Shown here in pieces: positions 33,238 to 44,786 of a DNA stretch of 64,000 nucleotides. This DNA comes from Patescibacteria group bacterium. Lineage in GTDB: Bacteria > Patescibacteriota > Minisyncoccia > Phycocordibacterales > EsbW-18. The number at the start of each line of letters is the position of its first letter. Position 1 is the stretch's first letter. The stretch lies in contig JBBTTA010000001.1 in the NCBI GenBank assembly GCA_038064475.1, positions 187,795 to 251,794 of the forward strand, in the 5' to 3' direction. The notes under the pieces are model-generated. The model worked only from the letters and a program-made list of their open reading frames with translations. It searched no databases and was not told where the DNA came from. The position numbers were made by a program, and so were the translations under genes.

Positions 33238-35346
33238 CTAGGGTGTTTTTATCTCTACCTTGTATCCAGATTTAATTGCATCAATAATCGAGCGCCCTTG
33301 CGCCTCAAATTCTTTATTAAGTTCGATGGCTTTCTCAAAATACACAACTGCTTTTGTTTCATTCCCGGTGTTGAGATGAGTTGTCCCAAGCAAGAAGTAT
33401 GTTTCTGCGTCTTCTGGTTCTTCGGCAAGATATTGTTCAAGTACTTCAATTTGAGTCTTCACGAGTTGCGTATCTCCCAAAAGATATGCAGCAACAATAT
33501 ATTGGAGACGTGCTTCTTTAAAGTCAGGCGCAAGTTCAAAGGTATATTTATACACATCAAATGACTCTTGATATCGCTCTAACTTTCGCAGAACTATGCC
33601 CTTTTCAAGAAGCGTGATCTGTCGGTTTGGGTTGATAGCAAGTGCATCATTGATTGGTATAAGTGCCTCTTCGAACGCCCCAACATCGACGAGCGTTGAT
33701 GCCATGAAATAAAGCGGACGAGTGTTTGTCGGATCCTGCACTGTTTGCTCATGTAACTCATTCAGTGCCTGATTGAGAAACGTTACTTTTGTGTCTTCGG
33801 GTAGTTCGCTTCTCACAACACGCAATGCCGTTTGTCCGAATTGCTCACGTGTTTCCTCCTTGCCCAAAAAACCTTTTGTGAGTGCAGTTTGAAAATCATT
33901 GTAAATCCCTCCAACATCACTACCGCCTAATGCCTTGATAAGCGTCTGTGCTCTCGAAAACGCAGGGACGTTAACGGTATAGAGCACAACAACACCCACA
34001 ACAACAGTTGTAATACTCAATGCAAGACGGGTGCTTTCTCCTAATCCTTTCGTTTTGTTTTGCGCAGGAACAATCTCTTTTTCAACACGAGCGTGCGTAT
34101 GTAGGTATGCAAGCAAGAATACAAAGAGAATGTAGCTGATGAGGTTATCAAACACAAAAAGATTATGGAAGAAATATCCTGCAAAAAGTCCCGTAAAGAT
34201 TGCTTTTTCAACAATGCTCAAACCGTTTGTTTTTTTCCACAATACAACAAGCGCTGTACCGAAGAGGAACAGATATGCCAAAAGCGCGAGTACCCCACCT
34301 GCAACAAGCCAATCAAGAAAGACGTTGTGGGCGCGATCAAACCATGGTTCCTGACGGTGCATTTCAGGCGCATAGTATTTTCCAAACACATGTATAAAGT
34401 TGTCCTGTCCCCATCCAAGAACTGGGTGCTCTTTAAAACCTTCCCATGCAATCTTTTCCCATAAAATAAAACGGGATTGCGTTGTTATTTCAGTGAACGA
34501 GATGGTTCCAAACCGATTTAACACAGGGTTTCCTTTTACAAATTCTGTTCCGCGCCCGAGGTATACACTTGCGGCAAGTGCGGCAATACTAATAATGATG
34601 GCCGCAGAAATACGGCGCGCACGTGGATGTTCTTTTCCAAAAATCGCAACGAGAAGTGCCGCCAAACCAAGTCCCCCAATTACACCTAAAATAGTTCCTC
34701 GTGTTGCGGTGTGATACAGCGCAAAAAATTGAAGAAGAAGTGCGCCTGCATAGACGAGGCGCATTATTTTTTCCTGTCGTGCACGGTATAGGAGCCAGAG
34801 CGCAAGAAAGATGTGAAAGAGCATATACACCGCAAGGTATGTTGGATTACCGAACGTCGCACCAAGACGCGCGCCGACGTGGTATGTGCCAAAGAGACTC
34901 GCAGTTTCTCCAATGACATAGAGCCCGATAAATGCACTCACCCCAACTGTTGTTGCGAACAAGCGTTTCCATGCCTGTTCCGTTTTCAAAAATGATCCCA
35001 GTACGAGGAAGTACGCGAAAAGATGAAGGAGTGTGACATACCCTTCCATGCGCTCGAAGTTACTCCAGAAACTTCGTAGCGGGCTTTCGCCAAATATTGT
35101 TGCAAGTCCCATGATACCGACGAGTCCCGCAAGTGCCCATGCAACAAGAGAACGTCGTGGGCGATATGTTGCATCTCGCATGATGAGCAACAACCACGCG
35201 GCAAAGATAATTTCAACCGTGATGCGAAATGCAAATGCTTTTCCGGTGATAAACGGAAAAAACATCGAGTTCGTTACGATGAGCGGTATAAAGGGAACAA
35301 AAAAAATACCGCACTGAATGATCCGCCGCGAAATTCGTTCAACCAT
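33238..35346 (-). CDS. O-antigen ligase/polymerase-like (Wzy_C) polytopic membrane protein with C-terminal TPR repeats.
   Basis: It has more than 10 predicted TM segments and a C-terminal TPR-like region (..YFLLGTTHLNTGNETKAVVYFEKAIELNKEF..). Confidence 0.6.
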   Translation of the reverse strand: MVERISRRIIQCGIFFVPFIPLIVTNSMFFPFITGKAFAFRITVEIIFAAWLLLIMRDATYRPRRSLVAWALAGLVGIMGLATIFGESPLRSFWSNFERMEGYVTLLHLFAYFLVLGSFLKTEQAWKRLFATTVGVSAFIGLYVIGETASLFGTYHVGARLGATFGNPTYLAVYMLFHIFLALWLLYRARQEKIMRLVYAGALLLQFFALYHTATRGTILGVIGGLGLAALLVAIFGKEHPRARRISAAIIISIAALAASVYLGRGTEFVKGNPVLNRFGTISFTEITTQSRFILWEKIAWEGFKEHPVLGWGQDNFIHVFGKYYAPEMHRQEPWFDRAHNVFLDWLVAGGVLALLAYLFLFGTALVVLWKKTNGLSIVEKAIFTGLFAGYFFHNLFVFDNLISYILFVFLLAYLHTHARVEKEIVPAQNKTKGLGESTRLALSITTVVVGVVVLYTVNVPAFSRAQTLIKALGGSDVGGIYNDFQTALTKGFLGKEETREQFGQTALRVVRSELPEDTKVTFLNQALNELHEQTVQDPTNTRPLYFMASTLVDVGAFEEALIPINDALAINPNRQITLLEKGIVLRKLERYQESFDVYKYTFELAPDFKEARLQYIVAAYLLGDTQLVKTQIEVLEQYLAEEPEDAETYFLLGTTHLNTGNETKAVVYFEKAIELNKEFEAQGRSIIDAIKSGYKVEIKTP

Positions 35347-35529
35347 ATGGCGAAACTATAGCATCTAGCAGAGGCCCCTTCAATTATGTACACCCCGTTA
35401 GAGATTGTGTTTTATGCACAAAATGATCCCCCTGACGCATGGGGTGTTTCTTCCATCATTTAAAAACAGCCTTCTCTTCCAATCTCTAACGGGGTACACT
35501 ATCCCTATCATTCTTTTGTTTGAACACCT

Positions 35530-36273
35530 ATGACACAGCAGACACTGTCTTCAAAACAAGAAAAGCAAGAAAAAGCCTACGCAACACCCTACCACTGGCT
35601 CATTGACCCTGCGACTGAGAAAGGTCGTTTGTATTTTGGCTATATCAATTTTTGTAGTGCGTTTGCAAAAGACGTGTCAGGACCGATCCTAGATGCAGGA
35701 TGCGGCGATGGGCGACTGCTCGGCGTACTTAGAGAGACAACAAAAAATACAAAGCTTTACGGAGTCGACTATTCAGAGAGTGCGTTACGTTTCGCACGAG
35801 CGTTTGTGCCAGGAGCCACATTCAGCGCTGACGACCTCGCACACCTTTTATACTCAAATGATTTTTTTGATCAAATATATCTTATTGAAACACTTGAACA
35901 TATTCCCCCTGAGCACATTGAAACATTGGTACGTGAATTAAAACGAGTTTTAAGAAAAGGCGGAACACTCGTCGTCACCGTCCCCTCTTCACTCATGGGT
36001 GAACCGAGTGCAGAAAGCAAACACTACCAGCACTTCACGCCAGAGTCTCTTCGTGGAGCGCTTGGAAATGAATTTCATATAGAAAAGATGCATGGACAAA
36101 ACAAAGATGGATTTCATCCATTAAAAATCTTCTACAGACTCATCGATAATCCGTGGTTCGAAATAAAACCTCTCCGCCGCTTCTACAACACACGTGTGTG
36201 GCCACGCTATTTCAATATCTGCGAACCGGAACGTGGCAGACGACTCATTGCAATTTGCACAAAAACGTCCTAG
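35530..36273 (+). CDS. Class I SAM-dependent methyltransferase.
   Basis: ILDAGCGDGRLLGVL is motif I, with LVVTVP further along. Confidence 0.65.
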   Translation: MTQQTLSSKQEKQEKAYATPYHWLIDPATEKGRLYFGYINFCSAFAKDVSGPILDAGCGDGRLLGVLRETTKNTKLYGVDYSESALRFARAFVPGATFSADDLAHLLYSNDFFDQIYLIETLEHIPPEHIETLVRELKRVLRKGGTLVVTVPSSLMGEPSAESKHYQHFTPESLRGALGNEFHIEKMHGQNKDGFHPLKIFYRLIDNPWFEIKPLRRFYNTRVWPRYFNICEPERGRRLIAICTKTS

Positions 36274-37202
36274 CACAGTGGCTGTATAAGCTGCTCGAGC
36301 TTTTTCGCAAACGTATCGTACGAGAATTCTTCTTTTCGCGCCTGTGCCCCTTTCTCAAGCGTTGCTAAAAACCCTCTGTCTTCATAGAGTCGTGTAATCG
36401 CATCACGATATCCGGACACATCCCCCGGCGCGACAAAAATCCCTGTGACATTGTCTTTGATATATTCATCGACACCCGCATCTTTAGTTGTAATAACCAC
36501 CTTTCCAAGAGATGCTGCCATACTCAAATCACTGTGCCCGTGCGCTCCTATACCTTTCTGAAGTGGCACAACGACAAAGCGGGCATGTTGCATTACAGAA
36601 ATGTATTCATCCAAAGGTAATTGACTACGAACTTCGCAATTATGTGGAATTGGAACGGTGAGGGCTACGTTTGTTCCAACAACGGCCTTATAGGGAAGCC
36701 CCTTCATAGCTTCTAAAAATGCCTCGTGATCTCGTGAGTGATTTCCTCCTGAAAAAATATATTCTTCTTTAGTTTGTTGTGTCTCTCCTGTCCGCACCAC
36801 TTTTGAAGGGTAGAGCAAAAAAACAAATCGACCACGAACGTGCGGCTCATGTAACTCAATCTCTTTTTTTGAGTACACCCAAACACGCTCAAATGCTTGC
36901 ACGTCCTTGCTTTGTAAAAACTGGTGGTCAGTTAGCGCACGAGTGTTTTTTAAAAAACCCCAATGACGAAGTGTGGCATATATTTTTGCGTACGGCATCG
37001 TTGTGCCAAACACAATGAGATACGGTCGCTGAAAAAATATTGAAAGAAAAACATATGGCGCATACACAAAATACGAAAAACCATTCATGGCTGCAGGAAG
37101 CAATATATGGCGCGGAAAAAGCTCTTGCGCTCTATCAGTTTCCCAAAATCCGCGCGCACGAGCGATAAGAAGAGTATTCTGTGGTACGGGAGTGTTTGGC
37201 AT
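36270..37202 (-). CDS. Glycosyltransferase family 4 (GT1 fold).
   Basis: The C-terminal GT4 motifs are ..ARFVVVPLQKGIGAHGHSDLSMAASLGKVVITTKDAGVDEYIKDNVTGIFV. Confidence 0.6.
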   Translation of the reverse strand: MPNTPVPQNTLLIARARGFWETDRAQELFPRHILLPAAMNGFSYFVYAPYVFLSIFFQRPYLIVFGTTMPYAKIYATLRHWGFLKNTRALTDHQFLQSKDVQAFERVWVYSKKEIELHEPHVRGRFVFLLYPSKVVRTGETQQTKEEYIFSGGNHSRDHEAFLEAMKGLPYKAVVGTNVALTVPIPHNCEVRSQLPLDEYISVMQHARFVVVPLQKGIGAHGHSDLSMAASLGKVVITTKDAGVDEYIKDNVTGIFVAPGDVSGYRDAITRLYEDRGFLATLEKGAQARKEEFSYDTFAKKLEQLIQPLC

Positions 37203-37258
37203 ATATCTAAAAACTATAGGTTGTCCTTAGAACGCTCTCAGGATACACTAGAAAATTA

Positions 37259-38551
37259 ATGGCTTCCATGAACTCCATAAAAGGAAAGATTGAAGGATAT
37301 CTCACTGTTCTCGGAAAATATCTCCATACTGATGCCAACTATCTCGCTCGAAGCACCTTTTGGTTAAATGCGAACGTTGTTATCTCAAGTCTTTTGGCTT
37401 TTGGTATATCAGTTACACTGGCACGCCTCCTTCCTAAAGAAGCATACGGTACATATCAATTCATACTCTCCCTTGCCTCTTTCGTAGGCGCGTTTACGTT
37501 GACCAGCATGAATGTGGCAATTATTCGTGCTGTGAGTCGCGGATATGAGGGTTCATTTATAAAGTCGATATGGTATCAACTCAAGTGGTCTATCGGAGCA
37601 TTCGCTCTCGCTTCGGGAATATCAATCTACTATTTTATTCATGACAACACAGTACTGGGTCTTGCCATGGTACTAGTTGCCCTTTTCTCTCCAGTCCTCA
37701 ACACATTCAATACCTATTCCGCGTTCATCACGGGCAAGTCTGATTTTCGAAGACTTTTTGGAAGCTATCAAGTACTCAATTTTTCTTTCAGTGGAGCGAT
37801 GTTCCTCGCTCTTCTTCTTACTGACAGCCCCGTGTATCTTGTTTTGGTTAATTTTGGAGTTAACTCAATTGTTACTATTTTTCTTTTCTTTCGAACAATT
37901 CGCCACTATCAACCAAATGAAAAAGAAGACCCTGAAACATTTAGCCTCGGCAAACATTTGAGTCTCTCGGGGTTAATCTCAAATGCAATCGCAAGCTTGG
38001 ATAAGATTTTGATCTTCCACTATGTAGGCGCGATTGACCTAGCTATTTATACATTCGCAGTCAATATTCCAGATCGTCTTTTCAATATCATTCGAAGCAT
38101 CACGGTGAGTGCTCTCCCTCGCTTTTCATTGAGGACAAGCACCGAGATACAAAAAGTCATCACCAAGAAGTCTTTGAAGTTTTTCTTTCTCTCGCTCATT
38201 GGTGCAACTATATATCTTTTTCTCGCACCGTTTTTTTTCAAAATCTTCTTCCCCACATACCTTGAGTCAATTTCATATTCCCAGATCTATTTCTTCATGA
38301 TTGCTCTTTCGGCCCTTTCTATGCTCCCGTATACGGCGTTAAATGCTCTTGGTCTTCATAAAGAGCTGTATGTATTCAACACCGCAAGCGCGCTCTTTAA
38401 AATTCTCGTTATCTTTCTCTTAATACGTTTTTACGGACCGTGGGGATTAATCTTTTCAAGAGGAGTCATAGGTATTTTTAGCTACGCTCTCTCAACATGG
38501 CTCATCAGACGCGCCGCTATATCTGAAGCCAATCAAGTCCCGAAGGTATAA
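37259..38551 (+). CDS. wzx: Wzx-like oligosaccharide flippase (MOP/polysaccharide biosynthesis protein family).
   Basis: The 430-aa protein has about 12 TM segments with a Wzx-like N-terminus. Confidence 0.6.
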   Translation: MASMNSIKGKIEGYLTVLGKYLHTDANYLARSTFWLNANVVISSLLAFGISVTLARLLPKEAYGTYQFILSLASFVGAFTLTSMNVAIIRAVSRGYEGSFIKSIWYQLKWSIGAFALASGISIYYFIHDNTVLGLAMVLVALFSPVLNTFNTYSAFITGKSDFRRLFGSYQVLNFSFSGAMFLALLLTDSPVYLVLVNFGVNSIVTIFLFFRTIRHYQPNEKEDPETFSLGKHLSLSGLISNAIASLDKILIFHYVGAIDLAIYTFAVNIPDRLFNIIRSITVSALPRFSLRTSTEIQKVITKKSLKFFFLSLIGATIYLFLAPFFFKIFFPTYLESISYSQIYFFMIALSALSMLPYTALNALGLHKELYVFNTASALFKILVIFLLIRFYGPWGLIFSRGVIGIFSYALSTWLIRRAAISEANQVPKV

Positions 38552-39365
38552 GATCCGAGTCATCGGCATCGTCCGCTCTATATTTTTTTGGTGCAACAAC
38601 AATTGCTTTGTCATTTTGATTAAGCCACGCTGCCCATAGACTAAAGGTGCTGTTCGCAATAATGTTGTGTTTGCATTTACTCATGAGAACCATCTCTTCA
38701 AAATCGGAAAGATGCGACTCGGAAACATACACAACATCTTCACCAAAAAGCTCGTGAAAGTGCGTTTTCACATATGCGCCATCATCAGAGAAAATAAAAA
38801 ACTTTGGGTGTGCGGTTCGTTCGCGCAGTATTGAAACAGCCTTTTCGTAGTAGTCTTTTTTGAGTTCAATAAATTTACTCTGGTGCTGTACGTAATCCCC
38901 TCGTCGTATGTGCACTGATACAGAGTTAGAAGATTCTTCTTGTTGTAAAATCCGTGCCCCCTCTTCGCTCAAGGGGTTTTTCAGAGTGAATTCTTTTAAT
39001 AGAATTTGTTTTATTGGAGTGCCATACCGAAAATTCGCCCAGTTTCCCAAAAAATATGCTTTCGATGTGTGTATGAGTACAGACCCATTGAACACGAATG
39101 TGGTTTTATCATGTACAACGTGCATTGTTTTAAGAAAATTTGTTCTTATTTTCCTGAGGACATTCTGTACCAAAGTTGTTTTTTTAAGCGTCACATTGAA
39201 GCAATCGAGTGCAAAATCCCTCGGCGTTATCTTGCCTTGAAGTAGTGGATGAAATTTTGAAACATCAATACGCACTTCCTCTTGTGCATTTTCTTGAAGA
39301 CGTCGCGCCAGAGCATATTGGAAGAGCTGATTTCCTAAGCCCCCAGAAATTCGTACGATAATCAT
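38517..39365 (-). CDS. Alpha-1,2-fucosyltransferase (glycosyltransferase family 11).
   Basis: MIIVRISGGLGNQLFQYALARRL is the GT11 signature (cf. FutC/WbsJ). Confidence 0.75.
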   Translation of the reverse strand: MIIVRISGGLGNQLFQYALARRLQENAQEEVRIDVSKFHPLLQGKITPRDFALDCFNVTLKKTTLVQNVLRKIRTNFLKTMHVVHDKTTFVFNGSVLIHTSKAYFLGNWANFRYGTPIKQILLKEFTLKNPLSEEGARILQQEESSNSVSVHIRRGDYVQHQSKFIELKKDYYEKAVSILRERTAHPKFFIFSDDGAYVKTHFHELFGEDVVYVSESHLSDFEEMVLMSKCKHNIIANSTFSLWAAWLNQNDKAIVVAPKKYRADDADDSDLIPSGLDWLQI

Positions 39366-39416
39366 AATGGTTATTGTGGGCCTGATTATATAGCACCCAC
39401 ACCATGTTAGGATAGT

Positions 39417-40772
39417 GTGATGAAAGTGTTTATAGACTTGGGTGGATACACGGGCGATAGCCTTGAGCTCGCATTACGTCGATATTCAGACTTCGATGCG
39501 TTCCATGTATTTGAACCCTATCACACAAACTTCGAACACATCCAAAAGGGTTTTGCTAATCACCCAAAGGTGCATCTCCATGAGGAAGCGGCTGATGTAG
39601 CAACAGGATCAGGAAAGCTTTTTCTCCACAAAGAAATCAAGACTCCCCTGTCCGTGTCTGAAGGAAGCTCTCTTTTACAAGAAAAAATCAATGTCTCAAA
39701 AGACACATTTGAAACTGTAGCCTGTATCGACTTTGCTGAATTCTTGAAAAAAAATCTTAGCCCCGAAGATTATGTTGTTCTCAAAATCGATATTGAGGGA
39801 AAAGAGTATGACATTCTTGAACATCTCATTACGACCAACACCATCAACCTTATCGACAAAATATTCTGTGAGTGGCATTACCAAAAAATTCCATCCCTTT
39901 CGCTACGCCATGCGCCACTCGTAGCAGCTCTCCAAAAACTTGGATTCGACCTCACAGGAGAGAATGTGCACGATGAATGGAGCCGCACCGTGTTGAACGA
40001 TATGCTTCTATCAATTGTTATTGCAACGTTCAACAGAAAAAATGTGCTCAAAGAACTTCTAGATAGCCTCCAGCAACAAACCGATATGCATTTCGAAGTA
40101 GTCGTTGCTATAGATGGTTCTTCAGATGGCACAGAGGACATGCTTTCTGAATACAAAAAAACCTCCCTTTTCCCCCTACGTTGGGTTAATACAGGTTTAA
40201 AAGATACATATGGACTCGCGCGTGCACGAAACCTTGGCATTCATGAGGCGCGCGGAGAAGCAATTGTTATTCTCGACGATGATAGTTTCCCTGTGCCAGA
40301 GTTCGTTGAAGAGCACAAAAAGACCGTACATTCAAAAACATTCACAGGAGGAGCGCGTGAAAGTACAGATCCTCAAGATAACGTACATGAAAAAAACCGC
40401 TTGTATTTGGAAACATTCGGAGATTCAACACCCCATAAATTCGTTCCTGTACCAAAATATAAATGGGTGGTCGAAAACAACACGTGCATGCTGCAAAAAG
40501 ATTGGATTGAAAGCGGACTTTTTGATGAATCAATTACCGCATATGGTCTCATCGGCCAGACATTTAATAAACAACTAATTCGTCTCGGATACCAGTATCA
40601 ATTCAACCCACGTGCGCGGATTATCCATCGCACGGAATTCAAACAAAACTTTCTATACAAGAGGGTGCGTCCTTCTGCTGTAAGCACCGCGCTCCGTGGT
40701 TTTTTAAAAAAAGTTTTTCCTTCTCTATTTTCTGTAGTAAAAAGAATAAAGTTGTGGATTCAGTATCGTTAA
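39417..40772 (+). CDS. Fusion protein with an N-terminal FkbM-family methyltransferase and a C-terminal GT2 glycosyltransferase.
   Basis: The N-terminus has MKVFIDLGGYTGDSLELA...FHVFEP (FkbM). The C-terminus has LSIVIATFNRKNVLKELLDSL...VVVAIDGSSDGT...ILDDDS (GT2 DXD). Confidence 0.6.
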   Translation: MMKVFIDLGGYTGDSLELALRRYSDFDAFHVFEPYHTNFEHIQKGFANHPKVHLHEEAADVATGSGKLFLHKEIKTPLSVSEGSSLLQEKINVSKDTFETVACIDFAEFLKKNLSPEDYVVLKIDIEGKEYDILEHLITTNTINLIDKIFCEWHYQKIPSLSLRHAPLVAALQKLGFDLTGENVHDEWSRTVLNDMLLSIVIATFNRKNVLKELLDSLQQQTDMHFEVVVAIDGSSDGTEDMLSEYKKTSLFPLRWVNTGLKDTYGLARARNLGIHEARGEAIVILDDDSFPVPEFVEEHKKTVHSKTFTGGARESTDPQDNVHEKNRLYLETFGDSTPHKFVPVPKYKWVVENNTCMLQKDWIESGLFDESITAYGLIGQTFNKQLIRLGYQYQFNPRARIIHRTEFKQNFLYKRVRPSAVSTALRGFLKKVFPSLFSVVKRIKLWIQYR

Positions 40773-42001
40773 GCCCCCAATAGTTTTTCCCATTTCAAAA
40801 AAATTTCGTGCGGTCGAAGTGTTGCAACTCGTGTTTGACCGTGTTCGTATCGTTCTTTCCAGAATTGTTTTTGGGGAGCCTGAATCAAAAGATCCGAAAG
40901 ATTTTGTTCTGCTTTTACAACCTTGTGATGAGAGCCTCCAAACGGCTGCGTCAAAATACCGTGCGTTGCGAAATACGGATACGACAACCTCTCACCAAGT
41001 GGTGCACCAAGAATCTCTCGTGGTCCTGTAGGACAGTCCGTCGATATCACGAGTGTACTCATTGCAAGTGCCTCTAGAAGCACGTTGGGAAACCCTTCAA
41101 AAAGAGATGTCAATACAAATGCACGTGCAGCACGGATGTAGGGATATACATTTTCAACACGACCCAAAAATAAGACGTGTTGTTCGAGATTTTTCTGATG
41201 TACTAACTGTCGAAGCACCTCTTCGTGTATCCCTTGTCCAAGAATAAGTAGTATGCTCTCTGGAACTTGTTTCACCACACGAGCAAATGCATTGATGAGG
41301 TGTCTTTGCCCTTTTTGATTAATCAAGCGCCCAATATTTACAAATACTGACTTTCCTTTGATTGCTTGTGTAATGCGTTCAGGTAGAGGTTCCATTGATC
41401 TTTGGATACAAAACTCCACATCAATCGGATTTTGTATAACTACAACATGTGGGAGATGAAAAGTGTCTGTGAGTATATGTGCAAGCTCTGATGAGTTTGC
41501 CACAACAGCGTTCGCGTAACGATAGAACGTTTTGATGAACGTCCTGCCTAAGAATCCTCTGAATTCAGGATTATTTCTGACGGCTAGAAATAAAGTAGGA
41601 ATTCCCCCCAACATTTTTGCGAGAAGACACGCAGCATTTGCTTCCTCCGTAAAAGAAAGGACTTTTTGAATGCTGTGCTCTCGGCAAAGACGTCGTATCT
41701 TCCATGCATTCTTTACTAACCCAACAATGCCTCCTCGATATCGTGTATCGAGAACATGACGCGTTCCAGAAACCTTGTGCTCATTTTCCCGCTCCACAAA
41801 AGTAATCAGGTGAACGTCCGTGTTGTGCTGTGCAAGCTCATTGGACAGCCACGCACATATTTTTTCTGCACCACCCCCTTGACGCATATAGGGAATAACA
41901 AGTGCAATTTTTTCTGGTGTGGGATTCATCCCGTACGAAGTTTCTGAACCAGCTTTATTTTGTTTTTCCTGAAAAAAATTCATGTATTGTAACGCTATCA
42001 C
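40769..42001 (-). CDS. Glycosyltransferase family 4.
   Basis: ..EGFPNVLLEALAMSTLVISTDCPTGPREIL.. is the GT4 motif. Confidence 0.65.
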   Translation of the reverse strand: MIALQYMNFFQEKQNKAGSETSYGMNPTPEKIALVIPYMRQGGGAEKICAWLSNELAQHNTDVHLITFVERENEHKVSGTRHVLDTRYRGGIVGLVKNAWKIRRLCREHSIQKVLSFTEEANAACLLAKMLGGIPTLFLAVRNNPEFRGFLGRTFIKTFYRYANAVVANSSELAHILTDTFHLPHVVVIQNPIDVEFCIQRSMEPLPERITQAIKGKSVFVNIGRLINQKGQRHLINAFARVVKQVPESILLILGQGIHEEVLRQLVHQKNLEQHVLFLGRVENVYPYIRAARAFVLTSLFEGFPNVLLEALAMSTLVISTDCPTGPREILGAPLGERLSYPYFATHGILTQPFGGSHHKVVKAEQNLSDLLIQAPQKQFWKERYEHGQTRVATLRPHEIFLKWEKLLGA

Positions 42002-42680
42002 AACAACACTTCTTTACTTCGTACGGGATTCATGCGTAAGCTTTCTTTCAATTGAAAGGCTTCATATATCAGCGTATACTCAAGCAATGCAACACACAAG
42101 TTTGATACAAAAAATCTACCAGAAGAGCGGCCGAGCTGTTTCTTTCGACGGTACACTAAAGGTATACAACCTTGGCGCGGGCAAGCAGGACTTCCCTGGA
42201 ACAATTGCTGTCGATTGGAACGACATGAAGCATCTTGGTATCAAACATGATCTTGGAAAGTTCCCTTGGCCAATCGAAGACAATTCTGCGGATGTAGTGC
42301 TCGCCTTTCATTTCATAGAGCACATGCCTGATCTTTTTAAAACGTTCGAAGAGATCTATCGCATCAGTAAGAATGGAACAAAAGTATTAATCGAGGTTCC
42401 TCACTTCAGACACTCATCATCATTCAAGGACCCCACACACTGCAATCATTTTTCTGGAAAGACCATCAATTATTTCTGTAAAAACAATCATACGTTCACA
42501 AACTTGCCTTTCACTTTCAATCTTGTTGAACGATCATTTGGGTGGCCAGCAGCAAATAGCTCATTCCTAAAAAAGAAAATCAAAGCTTTTCTCGAACGAC
42601 ACATCGATTTGTATGAAAACTACCTCCACCTTTTCTGGAGAGTGAATATTCTCGTATTCGAACTTGAAGTCGTAAAATAG
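41982..42680 (+). CDS. Class I SAM-dependent methyltransferase (Methyltransf_11-like).
   Basis: ..YNLGAG.. and ..DVVLAFHFIEHM.. are the motifs. Confidence 0.55.
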   Translation: MYCNAITTTLLYFVRDSCVSFLSIERLHISAYTQAMQHTSLIQKIYQKSGRAVSFDGTLKVYNLGAGKQDFPGTIAVDWNDMKHLGIKHDLGKFPWPIEDNSADVVLAFHFIEHMPDLFKTFEEIYRISKNGTKVLIEVPHFRHSSSFKDPTHCNHFSGKTINYFCKNNHTFTNLPFTFNLVERSFGWPAANSSFLKKKIKAFLERHIDLYENYLHLFWRVNILVFELEVVK

Positions 42681-42681
42681 G

Positions 42682-43627
42682 TTACGACGCACTTCCTCCT
42701 CGAACCGAGTCGATGTTTTCAACAAACCATTGATAGGTACTTTCTACTCCCTCGCGAAGGCCTATCTTTGGTGCCCATCCAAGTGCCTTAACACGATCAA
42801 CGTTAAGTAGTTTTCTTGGCGTTCCGTCAGGTTTTGATGTGTCCCAAACAATATCTCCAGAATATCCAACAACGTCTTTAATCATGTTAGCCAATTCGCG
42901 AATGGTGACATCTTCACCGGTTCCGATATTGAGCGGCATTGATCCTGAATATGCATTCATCAAAAATACGCATGCGTCTGCGAGATCATCAACATGCAAA
43001 AACTCTCTATACACCTCACCACTTCCCCACAACGTTATTGATGGCGTCCCATTTTTCTTAGCATCATGAAATTTTCGAATGAGTGCAGGAAGTACGTGTG
43101 AATTCTCAAGATCAAAATTGTCATTGGTGCCGTACAAATTTGTGGGCATAACTGATATAAAATCTGTTCCGTACTGTTTGTTATACGATTCCACCATTAT
43201 CACCCCTGCGATTTTTGCAATCGCGTATGCCTTGTTGGTCGGTTCAAGGTCCCCCGTCAAAAGATATTCTTCACGTATTGGTTGTTCAGCAAGTCTTGGA
43301 TATATGCACGAACTCCCAAGAAAAAGTAGTTTCTTTGTTTTATGTAGATACGCCTGATGTATGAGATTGTTTTGTACAACGAGGTTTTCTCGTATGAAGT
43401 CCGCGGGATTATTTTTGTTCGCCATGATTCCCCCTACCCTTGCGGCGGCATCAAACACATAGTCTGGTGATTCTTTTTCAAAGAAAGCCGCTGTCGCGTG
43501 TTCATCTAAAAGATCGAGTTCACTTCTTGATCGTGTAACAATATTTTCGAAACCAGAACGTTTGAGCGCGCGAACAATCGCGCTTCCTACAAGACCGTTA
43601 TGCCCCGCAACAAAAATTTTTGCATTC

Positions 43628-43635
<8 letters not shown>
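42682..43635 (-). CDS. fcl: GDP-L-fucose synthase (GDP-4-keto-6-deoxymannose 3,5-epimerase/4-reductase).
   Basis: [19 protein letters not shown], ..YAIAKIAG.. (YxxxK) and the conserved C-terminus match Fcl. The start was taken at Met10. Confidence 0.8.
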
Positions 43636-44665
<1,030 letters not shown>

Positions 44666-44786
44666 AAATAGTGGCAGAGGTCTTTTGTCAGAAAGAGTAT
44701 AGTCGAATGGTACTGAAATTTCAATAGTGCTTTTTTAAAATTTAAAAAATATACATTTCTGCGGTAAAAAATGTTACAGTGCTTGC

